Assembly (NCBI GenBank): GCA_963782055.1
Contig: CAWAIF010000003.1
Span: 2,208,001 to 2,272,000 of the forward strand
Origin: an uncultured delta proteobacterium
GTDB taxonomy: Bacteria > Myxococcota_A > Polyangia > Polyangiales > Polyangiaceae
Reading direction: 5' to 3'
Length of the DNA stretch: 64,000 nt
Both the position numbers and the translations under genes were made by a program. This document shows, one piece after another, positions 1 through 11,231 of this stretch. The number at the start of each line of letters is the position of its first letter. The stretch's first letter is position 1. The notes beneath the pieces were generated by a model. It worked only from the letters and a program-made list of their open reading frames with translations. It was not told where the DNA came from and did no database searches.

Positions 1-1
1 C

Positions 2-634
2 GGCCTCGCCGCCTTCGACTTTCCGACGGGCACGCTCATCCTGACGGAGGCGAGCAGCAAGAAGCGGGCGTCGATCCACCTGGTCCGCGGGGAGGCGGCG
101 CTCGCCGACTTCGACCGCGGCGGGCTGGAGGTGATGACCGCGAGCGAGGACGAGTTCGTGCGCGCGATGACCCGCGAGGTGCACACCCTCAAGCGCTCGC
201 TCACCGATCCGACCATCCTCTCCGGCATCGGCAACGCGTACTCCGACGAGATCCTCCACGCGGCGAAGCTCCCGCCGCTGAAGCTGACGCGCCTGGTGAC
301 GCCCCAGGAGTGGACGCGCCTCTTCGAGGCGACGAGGAAGGTGCTCGCCGACTGGACCGACCGGCTGCGGGAGGAGAGCGCGAGGAAGTTCCCGGAGAAG
401 GTCACCGCCTTCCGCGACGGGATGGCGGTGCACGGCAAGTACGGCAAGCCGTGTCCGGTGTGCGGCGCGCCGGTGCAGCGCATCGTGTACGCCGACAACG
501 AGACCAACTACTGCGCCACCTGCCAGACCGGCGGCAAGCTGCTGGCGGACAGGTCCATGTCGCGCCTGCTGAAGGACGACTGGCCGCGGAGCCTGGACGA
601 GATGGACGAGCACGTCCGGGCGCGGCGCGGTTGA
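2..634 (+). CDS. Fpg/Nei-family DNA glycosylase, 3' part (5' end outside window)
   Basis: Frame open from base 2; H2TH motif (LSGIGNAYSDEILH) and C-terminal zinc finger (CPVC...CATCQ). Confidence 0.85.
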   Translation, partial: GLAAFDFPTGTLILTEASSKKRASIHLVRGEAALADFDRGGLEVMTASEDEFVRAMTREVHTLKRSLTDPTILSGIGNAYSDEILHAAKLPPLKLTRLVTPQEWTRLFEATRKVLADWTDRLREESARKFPEKVTAFRDGMAVHGKYGKPCPVCGAPVQRIVYADNETNYCATCQTGGKLLADRSMSRLLKDDWPRSLDEMDEHVRARRG

Positions 635-766
635 CCCGGCGACTGCGTACTTGCGCGTGGGTGCGCACATCCGCGCTGAAGCTCCCACGAGTTTGCTCCG
701 CCTGGGTCGAATAGTCAGGCGCACGACCCGCGCCGCGCGTAGCCTCAGCTCAGCGAGGAGGGTGGC

Positions 767-3919
<3,153 letters not shown>

Positions 3920-3927
3920 GGTCGCCC

Positions 3928-5271
3928 GTGCGTCGTGTGATCGCCGCTGCCGCTGCCGTCGTCCTGCTCGCGAGTTACGCCGCGTGCGGGGACGACGGCG
4001 TGGCGCCGGCCAGGGACGGTGGCGCCGGCGCGGAGGCGGGCGCGGACGTCGTTGACGGTGGATTCGAGCCGCACCCGTGCACTCCCGCGCCCCGTCCGAG
4101 CTACGTGCCGGACGGGTGGACGCCGTACGACGACTACGCGCCGTGCTCGAGCCTCTACGTGCCAACGGATACTTCGCAGCTCCCTCAGCCGATCGCGTGG
4201 CAGGACTGCGAGCCAGCCGCCGGCGTGGCGGGGTGTCGCAGGATCAAGATCGACTGGGCCCCCCTTCCGACAAAACCCACCAAGGAGGTCTTCACCGGAG
4301 GCGACGCCGCGATCGACGCCGAGGGGCACGTGTACATCCTGTCTAACCGCGATTTTGCCGACGCCGACGGGAAGCTCGGCCATCGCGTCACCTTCGTGGC
4401 CGAGGCCGATGGCCCGGTGCACTCCGCCATCCTCGCGACGCGGCCGGACCTCCTGCTCACCGTCGGCTTCCTCGCCCCCAGCTTCAGCTTGCCGCGCTGG
4501 ATCGCCTTCGTCAGCGAGGATCTTGCGTCGGGAGGGGGAGGCTACGTCGCGGGGACGATCGACAAGCCTGCTCCGACGGTCCAGCATCACTTCGGCTACG
4601 GCGTGCACTCCGCCAGCGTGGGCCCCCTTGGCGTGCTGGACGTGGCGAGCAACGCCACCCTGTCGCTGCTCGACTTCGACACCGGCGCGAAGCTGCTCGA
4701 CATCCAGACGCCGTCGCTGCCGATGAGCTTCGAGTGGATGTTCGGCGGCGACGTCTACTGGTTCGGCAACAGCGGACACGTTGCGGACGTGGGTCGGTGG
4801 ACCAAGAGCGGGGGCGCGGTCGACTTCATCAACTACGGCTTCAATCCCGAGCACGCGGCGGGGGACCTCGGGACGGACGGCACGGACATGGTGTGGGTGG
4901 AGGCGCACGGCGGTCCGGACGACGCGGGCTTCTTCTGGTCCACCGCGGACTACTGGACGTCCCCCTATGCCGATGACAAGACCAAACTTCAACCACGTCG
5001 GTTACGCTCCGCCCCGGTCGGCGCTCTATCCGGCGACCGCATCGCGGTAGGGTGTGGCTACGCGGCCTCCTTCTCGCCCGGCGGCGTATGGGTCGTGCGC
5101 ATCAGCGACGGACAGGGCTGGTTCCTCGCGAACAACAAGGGCTGGGACTGGCAGGCGCCTCTGGCCGTCACGTGCAGCGAGGTCTTCGTTCAGGTCTACG
5201 TCTCCGGCCCCATCTCGACGGTCGCGCGCGTCGCGCTCGACCAGCTCGGTCCGGGCGTCGCGCCCGATTGA
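3928..5271 (+). CDS. Lipoprotein of unknown function (likely beta-rich); paralogue of 21692-23125
   Basis: Leader ending SYAAC; shared motifs GCRRxxxDW, TDGxxxxWxEA, WTxPYA, RxxDGxxW. Confidence 0.7.
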   Translation: MRRVIAAAAAVVLLASYAACGDDGVAPARDGGAGAEAGADVVDGGFEPHPCTPAPRPSYVPDGWTPYDDYAPCSSLYVPTDTSQLPQPIAWQDCEPAAGVAGCRRIKIDWAPLPTKPTKEVFTGGDAAIDAEGHVYILSNRDFADADGKLGHRVTFVAEADGPVHSAILATRPDLLLTVGFLAPSFSLPRWIAFVSEDLASGGGGYVAGTIDKPAPTVQHHFGYGVHSASVGPLGVLDVASNATLSLLDFDTGAKLLDIQTPSLPMSFEWMFGGDVYWFGNSGHVADVGRWTKSGGAVDFINYGFNPEHAAGDLGTDGTDMVWVEAHGGPDDAGFFWSTADYWTSPYADDKTKLQPRRLRSAPVGALSGDRIAVGCGYAASFSPGGVWVVRISDGQGWFLANNKGWDWQAPLAVTCSEVFVQVYVSGPISTVARVALDQLGPGVAPD

Positions 5272-5344
5272 GCTTCCGCGTCATTCGCCGCGAAGTCGCC
5301 GCTGCCGCGCTGGCGAGCTGCGCCGCTCGTGCACCGCGCGATCG

Positions 5345-5632
5345 CCGCCTCGTTGCACACGTCTGGTTCCGCGCCTGCAGACGCTCGGCCTCGGCCAGCT
5401 CCAGGCGATCACCTACTCGTACGACGACCGGAAGATGTGGATGGTCGACCAGGTCACGGCGGGCAAGCTCCGCTGGGTGCGGCTGCTGCGCGCCAGCCCC
5501 GGTGGAGTGCTCGAGATGGTCGCGGCCTGGCCCCGCCTGGGGTTGGCGGAGAGCTACTTCCTCTCCATCGATCACGACGGCTCGGTGCTGCTGTCGCTCG
5601 CGCGCGCGAAGGGCTCCGGCTTCGTCACGGCG
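5345..5632 (+). pseudogene. Diverged, internally deleted copy of the C-terminal part of the 767-3919 protease
   Basis: Matches about 3371-3400 and 3463-3722 (LQTLGLG...ITYSYDDRKMWMVDQV...GSGFVTA); no start codon. Confidence 0.85.
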
Positions 5633-5668
5633 CTACCCTAGATCGGGAGCCTGGACGGGCCGCCGGGC

Positions 5669-7051
5669 CTAGAACACGAGCCGAAAGTGGATCGACTTCG
5701 GCCGGGTGAGCTGGTCGAAGCCGAGGGAGCTGAGGCTGCAGCCGCGGCCGGAGTCCTTCACGCCGGTCCAGGGGAGGGCGGGATCGACGCTGTCGCAGCG
5801 GTTCATGTAGACGGTGCCGTACTCCAGCGCGCGGGCCATGCGCGCGGCGCGCTCGTGGTCCGTCGTCCAGACGCTGGCGGTGAGGCCCAGCGCGGAGTCG
5901 TTCATGCGGGCGAGCGCCTCCTCCTCCGAGCGCACCGGCGCCACGACGAGCAGCGGGCCGAAGGACTCCTCGCGCATCAGGCGTGCGCCCTGCGGCACGT
6001 CGGCGATCAGGGTCGCCTCGAAGAAGCGGCCCTTGCCGTTCACCTTCGTCGCCTTGCCGCCGGCGACGACGCGCGCGCCCTTCTCCTTCGCGTCGGCGAC
6101 CATCGCGGTGAGCTCCGGCACGTGGTGCGGCTGCGCCACGGGGCCGAGCGTCGTCTTCTCGTCCATCGGATCGCCCATCACGTAGGCGCGCACCAGCGGC
6201 TCCGCCGCCTCCAGGAAGCGGGCGTAGACCGACTCGTGCACGTACACGCGCTCCACCGCGCAGCAGCTCTGCCCGCAGTTGTAGATGGCGCCGTCCACGA
6301 TGTTCTCCACGGTCTTGTCGAGATCGCAGTCGGGGGAGACGTACGCCGGATCGTTGCCGCCCAGCTCCAGCCCGACGTGCAGGAAGCGCTTCGCGGCGGC
6401 CGCCTGGATGCGGTGGCCACCGTACACCGAGCCGGTGAAGACCACGTGATCGACGCGCCGGTCGCCGACGATGCGCTCGCTGGTCGGGTGATCGCAGTCG
6501 AGGGACAGCACCAGATCCTTCGGCGCGCCGGCCTCCTCGAACGCCCGCGCGAAGTGCATGCCGCAGAGCGGGCTGCGCGGGGAGTGCTTGACGATGACGG
6601 CGTTGCCCGCGAGCACCGCCGGCATCACCGTGTTGACCGCGGTGACGAGCGGGTAGTTCCACGCCGGCAGGTCCAGCACCACGCCCAGCGGCTCCTTGAC
6701 GATGCGCCGGTCGAAGCCGTCCTTGGGCAGGACGATGTCGGCGAGGGACTCCTCCGCGATGGACGCCATGTGCCGCGCGCGCTGCGCGAGGCCGGCGACC
6801 TCGTTGCGGCCCTGCGCGACGGGCTTGCCCATCATGTGGGCGATGTCCGTGGCGATCTCGTCCTTGCGCCGCTCCATGGCCTGCACGGCGCCCTCCACCA
6901 GCGCCACGCGCTCGGCGACGGTGCTGCCACGGAAGGCCTTCGCCGCAGCGCGGGAGCGGTCGAGGACGTCGCCCACGCGGGCCTCGTCCGCCAGCGGGAC
7001 GGTGCATGCGGTGTCCAGGGTGTACGGGTCGTCGACGATGAGGTCGGTCAT
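5669..7051 (-). CDS. Aldehyde dehydrogenase family protein
   Basis: PAWNYP, FTGS, LELGGND, NCGQSC, EESFGP motifs; start MTDLIV at 7051. Confidence 0.92.
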   Translation of the reverse strand: MTDLIVDDPYTLDTACTVPLADEARVGDVLDRSRAAAKAFRGSTVAERVALVEGAVQAMERRKDEIATDIAHMMGKPVAQGRNEVAGLAQRARHMASIAEESLADIVLPKDGFDRRIVKEPLGVVLDLPAWNYPLVTAVNTVMPAVLAGNAVIVKHSPRSPLCGMHFARAFEEAGAPKDLVLSLDCDHPTSERIVGDRRVDHVVFTGSVYGGHRIQAAAAKRFLHVGLELGGNDPAYVSPDCDLDKTVENIVDGAIYNCGQSCCAVERVYVHESVYARFLEAAEPLVRAYVMGDPMDEKTTLGPVAQPHHVPELTAMVADAKEKGARVVAGGKATKVNGKGRFFEATLIADVPQGARLMREESFGPLLVVAPVRSEEEALARMNDSALGLTASVWTTDHERAARMARALEYGTVYMNRCDSVDPALPWTGVKDSGRGCSLSSLGFDQLTRPKSIHFRLVF

Positions 7052-7071
7052 GGGCGGGGGAAGATAGCACC

Positions 7072-7400
7072 GCCGCGGGGCGCCCGCCGGGGCGGGGGGG
7101 GCGGGCGCGGGCGCGAGCGCGGGCGCGGGGGCGGGCGCGGGCGCGAGCGCGTGAGGGGGGGGGCGAGCGCGGGGGCGGGCGCGGGCGCGGGCGCGAGCGC
7201 ATGAGGGCGGGGGCGGGCGCGTGCGCGTGGGCGCGGGGGCGAGCCACGGGAGGTTCACCACCCCCCCGTCCCCCGGTTCCCTCTCCCCTTTCCCTTTCCC
7301 TTTCCCTTTCCCTTTCCCTTTCCCTCTCCCCCGTCTCCTCCCTCGCGCTCGCGCCCGCGCCCCCTCTCGCGCCCGCGCCCGCGCCCGCGCTCGCGCCACC
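7072..7400. repeat. GC-rich low-complexity block: (GCGCGG)n arm, (CCCTTT)6 core, (CCCGCG)n arm
   Basis: Direct reading; (CCCTTT)6 at 7286-7321; arms are approximately complementary. Confidence 0.8.
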
Positions 7401-7466
7401 GGACCGCGCTCGGGCAGGGCGCTGCCCCCCGCGCAAGGTGCGCGGGCGCGTGTGAGGAGGTTGGCG

Positions 7467-7656
7467 ATGTTGAGAATCTACCCGGTGTTGCTGGAGCTGG
7501 TTCGGGAGCTCGTGCCCCGGGTGCGGCAGGTGGAGCGACGTGATGCGGATCTTGCCCGGCAGTGCCGGCGGGCGCTGGCGAGCGCGCCGCGCCGCGCTGC
7601 GGGACCGGATCGATCACGTGCTCGCGACCCTGGTGCGGCTGGCCGGCGGTCACTGA
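7467..7656 (+). pseudogene. Four-helix-bundle protein gene with internal deletion and frameshift
   Basis: [13 protein letters not shown]...[11 protein letters not shown] jumps to LRDRIDHVLATLVRL in another frame; compare intact copy at 58370. Confidence 0.85.
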
Positions 7657-8459
7657 GGACCGTCGTCCTGGATGGACGAGGCGCTCCGGTCGGGCCGGAG
7701 CGCCACGACCAGCACGGCGCGGCAGGGCGGGTCCGCGCGCAGGCCCGGGAGGTACGCCCGGTACGCCGGCAGGAAGCGCTCGATGTAGTCGCGCGCGTCG
7801 GCGTCGGACAGGGCGCCCTCGCCGCGCTCCCGGCGGGCGCGCTCGGAGTCCACCCGCCAGCGGACGATGTCGTCGAGGGAGCTCGCGTCGAGGCGCACCA
7901 GGACGTCGAGGAGCTCGTGCCACGCGGAGTAGGCGGCGAGCATCGCGTCGGGGGCGCGCAGATCGGGCTCGAGCGCCGCCGGGTCGACCGGGCGAAAGCC
8001 GAGCATCCAGCCGTCCAGGATGACGAAGTCGAGGCGCTCGTCGACGCGACGGAACGTCCCCTCCGGCGCGCGATCGCCGCGCCCGCCGTGCGCGGACTTG
8101 TCGTACGCCGGGACGAGGGTCGGCCGCCCGGCGAGGAGCGACTCGAGCGTCGCGCGTCCGAGATGGACGTCGTGCGTGCCGGGGTACCCCCGGTGCTCCA
8201 GGTACCGGTTGCCCGGGAAGCGCGCGGCGAGGGCGCGTTGCTCGTCGCGCGTCAGGTAGAAGTCGTCGATGGAGAGGGCGATGCCACGCAATCCACTCTC
8301 GCCCAGCGCGCGCACGACGGCATCGGCGAGGGTGCTCTTCCCCGCGCCCTGCGGCCCGCTGATCCCGATGAGGAGCGGGCGCTCCGGGCTCGCCTCCACG
8401 GCCTGGCGACACCACGCGGCGACCTCAGCGTGATACGCGCGCGAGCGCTCCTCATCCAT
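7650..8459 (-). CDS. P-loop kinase, D-glycerate 3-kinase (GLYK/Tda10)-like
   Basis: GPQGAGKST, SIDDFYL, RGYPGTHD, YDKSAHGGRGDR, LDGW motifs. Confidence 0.8.
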   Translation of the reverse strand: MDEERSRAYHAEVAAWCRQAVEASPERPLLIGISGPQGAGKSTLADAVVRALGESGLRGIALSIDDFYLTRDEQRALAARFPGNRYLEHRGYPGTHDVHLGRATLESLLAGRPTLVPAYDKSAHGGRGDRAPEGTFRRVDERLDFVILDGWMLGFRPVDPAALEPDLRAPDAMLAAYSAWHELLDVLVRLDASSLDDIVRWRVDSERARRERGEGALSDADARDYIERFLPAYRAYLPGLRADPPCRAVLVVALRPDRSASSIQDDGPQ

Positions 8460-8536
8460 GACGCCAGTCTACCTCCTCCATCGCAGCCCTCCCGGCGCCG
8501 TAGCGCCGTCTGCGCGCGGCCCCGCTTCGGTGTACC

Positions 8537-10060
8537 TTGCCGCACGTGCGGATCTCCGAACGTCACGACTGGGTCGTCATCGGCTCAGGCTCCGCGGGCG
8601 GCGTCATCGCCGCGCGGGCCAGCGAGCGACCGGATCTCTCCGTCCTCCTGCTGGAGGCCGGCGCCGACTACCCCACGGCGATCCCCAAGGACCTGCTGCG
8701 CGGCGGGCGGAACTCTTACTTCCGCCACGACTGGCGCTACTACCATGTCCCCACCGAGGGGCAGTGGATCCCCTGGGTCTTCCCGCGCGGCAAGGTCGTC
8801 GGCGGCTCCTCCTCGGTGAACACGTGCATCGCCATCCGCGGGCGGCCGTACGACTACGACGAGTGGGGCCTGTCCGAGTGGACGTTCGAGAAGTGCCTGC
8901 CCGCCTTCAAGCGCTTCGAGAACGATCTGGACGTGCACGACGAGTGGCACGGCCAGGACGGCCCCATCCGCATCCGCCGGCACACCCGCGAGGAGCTCCT
9001 GCCCTGGCAGGACGCCTTCGTCGAATCGTGCATCCTGCACGGGTTTCCGCGCTGCCCCGATCACAACAACCCCACCCTCTGGGGCGCCGGCCCGCACGCG
9101 ATGAACAAGATCGGCGGGGAGCGGCAGAGCGTCCTGACTTGCTACTTCACCCACGAGGTCCGCAAGCGCGACAACCTGACGATCGCCGCCAGCACGCTGG
9201 TGCGCCGCGTCCTCTTCGAACGCCGGAAGGTCACCGGCGTGGAGGTGGAGCAAGAGGGCGTGGTGCGCGTCATCCCGGCCAAGCGCGTCATGCTCTCCGC
9301 CGGCGCGATCAACACCCCCGGCGTGCTCCTGCGCTCGGGGATCGGCCCGCGGGAGACGGTGGAGCGGCTGGGCGTGGAGCTGATTATGGACCTGCCGGCG
9401 GTGGGGGCGCGGCTGCTGGACCACCCCGGCGCGGCCATCTTCTTCCTGCCGACGAAGGCGATCCTCGGCTGGGACGATCCGCTCATCCAGACCGCGTGCC
9501 GCTACACCGCGGAGGGCAGCCCGTACCCCGTCGACACGCAGCTCCAGGCGGGCGGCATCGTGCCTTTCCCGCGCTTCACGGTGCCGCTGGTGACGATGAT
9601 GTGCCAGGTGGGCAAGCCGCGCGGGCACGGGACGCTGCGCTACGACTCGGCAGACCCGCACGCCAAGCCGCACATCGAGTCGCACATCCTGGAGGACGAG
9701 CACGACCGTGCGCAGGCGATCGAGGCGCTGCGCGTCGCCTACGCGATCGCGCAGGAGGCGCCGTGCCGGGAGATGGCGACGCTCCTGTGGCCGCGGCCGA
9801 AGACGCTGATGAGCGAGCGGGCGCACGAGTGGATCCGCAACGCGTGCGACTCGGGGTACCACCCGTGCGGGACGGTGCCGATGGGGGAAGAGGGGGACGA
9901 GGGGGCGGCGGTGGATCAGCACGGGAGAGTGCGGGGGGTGGAGGGGCTGTTCGTGGCGGACGCGAGCATCTTCCCGACGGTGCCGAGCGCGAACACGAAC
10001 CTGTCGGTGCTGATGGTGGGGGAGCGGTTCGGGGAGTGGGTGAAGGCGGGGGAGATCTAG
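8537..10060 (+). CDS. GMC-family oxidoreductase
   Basis: GSGSAG FAD motif, RGKVVGGSSSVN, YHPCGT, DASIFP, NTN. Confidence 0.92.
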   Translation: MPHVRISERHDWVVIGSGSAGGVIAARASERPDLSVLLLEAGADYPTAIPKDLLRGGRNSYFRHDWRYYHVPTEGQWIPWVFPRGKVVGGSSSVNTCIAIRGRPYDYDEWGLSEWTFEKCLPAFKRFENDLDVHDEWHGQDGPIRIRRHTREELLPWQDAFVESCILHGFPRCPDHNNPTLWGAGPHAMNKIGGERQSVLTCYFTHEVRKRDNLTIAASTLVRRVLFERRKVTGVEVEQEGVVRVIPAKRVMLSAGAINTPGVLLRSGIGPRETVERLGVELIMDLPAVGARLLDHPGAAIFFLPTKAILGWDDPLIQTACRYTAEGSPYPVDTQLQAGGIVPFPRFTVPLVTMMCQVGKPRGHGTLRYDSADPHAKPHIESHILEDEHDRAQAIEALRVAYAIAQEAPCREMATLLWPRPKTLMSERAHEWIRNACDSGYHPCGTVPMGEEGDEGAAVDQHGRVRGVEGLFVADASIFPTVPSANTNLSVLMVGERFGEWVKAGEI

Positions 10061-10073
10061 GGGGGCCCCTCCT

Positions 10074-10183
10074 GGCGCCATGCTCGGGCTCGTGCTCGCT
10101 CTCGTGCGTGCCGTCGGTGGGAGACAGGGTGCACGAGCGTCGGCACGCACGAGAGCTTGCGCGCGAGCCCTGCGCGTGGCGCC
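10074..10183. repeat. Long hairpin repeat (REP-doublet/REPIN-like); further copies at 10463-10496, 51680-51788, 59085-59193
   Basis: Conserved arms GCCATGCTCGGGC and GCCCTGCGCGTGGC enclosing a variable but self-complementary inner stem. Confidence 0.8.
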
Positions 10184-10604
10184 TCCTCCCCACGGTGTCG
10201 CGCTCCGCGCGCCACACGGGGAGGAGGGTTGGCTGGGCGGGACGGAGGTCGGCGAACTCGCGCGCTGGTGTCGTTGACGTGTGACGGTGACGGCGACGGC
10301 GACGTGAACGATCCGGACGGGGAAGGGGACGCGGACGGGAAAGGAGAAGGGGACGGGGACGGGAAAGGGGACGGGAAAAGGGGAACGGGAAAGGAGAGGG
10401 CCTTCGCTCGGGGGAGGGGATCGTCCCGCCGTGCGCGGAGCTGTCGAGGCCGGGCCGTCCTCGCCATGCTCGGGCGCTTCGCGCCCTGCGCGTGGCTCCG
10501 GGCGGTGCTCGCTTCGCTCGCAGCCTCGACAGCTCCTGCGCGCGGCGGGTTGGGGCGGCTGCCCCCGTGCGAGGTGCGCGGGGCGCATGCGAGGAGTCTG
10601 CACG

Positions 10605-10724
10605 ATGAATCTTCGGATCTATGCGGTGGTGCTGGAGCTGGTGCGGGAGGTTGGGCCGCTGGTGCGGGTGCTGGAGAGGCATCACGCGGACCTTGCCCGG
10701 CAGTGCAGGCGGGCCTTGACGAGC
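10605..10724 (+). pseudogene. Four-helix-bundle protein gene, 5' fragment
   Basis: [40 protein letters not shown] then runs into the antisense of the VOC gene. Confidence 0.8.
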
Positions 10725-10972
10725 GGAAGCGCGACCTCCGCTCTCGCAGACAGCTCGCGCCACGCCGCGTCTGCGTCGTCCACCAGCCAGTAGAGCTCCG
10801 GTGCCGGCTCACCGCCGAGCGGCTCGTCGCTCGCGATGGCGAAGTGCTCAAACTGGACGAAGACGGGCGCTTCGCGCTGCACGCGCAGCCCGAGCACCTC
10901 CGTGTAGAAGCGCTTCGCGCGCTCGACGTCTCGCACGTACTCGATCACGAATCCAAAGCGGGGCGTCTCCAT
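10720..10972 (-). pseudogene. VOC/glyoxalase-family gene, 3'-truncated
   Basis: YVRDVERAKRFYTEVLGL and YWLVDDADAA motifs; the last strands are missing at the junction with the four-helix-bundle fragment. Confidence 0.7.
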
Positions 10973-11124
10973 CACAGGTCCGACTCCTTCCGCGCGTCGC
11001 GCGCGCGCACGCACGCGGCCTTCGCCGGCTCGACGAGGACGAGCGCGACCTGGACGCGCGGCTCGAGCGCGGTCATCACCGCGCGTCGGGCGTTCGAGGA
11101 CATGGGGTAGTGGTACGGGCGCAT
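10972..11124 (-). pseudogene. Probable glutathione S-transferase remnant (N-terminus, internally deleted)
   Basis: MRPYHYPMSSNARRAVMTAL resembles GST N-termini; only 50 codons; TGATG-coupled to the VOC gene. Confidence 0.5.
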
Positions 11125-11231
11125 GGTCGTCTCCTTCCGTGTGGGGTGAGGAGAGCTTGCGCCGACGCTGTGTCAGCAGCATGTCAGGTTTGTTCGAGGA
11201 GACGGAAAAGGCGCCCTTCCCGACCCCACAC

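Noticed and set aside
7052..7399. N-terminal extension of the aldehyde dehydrogenase ORF
   Set aside because: It is a translation of the low-complexity repeat block; the plausible start is 7051
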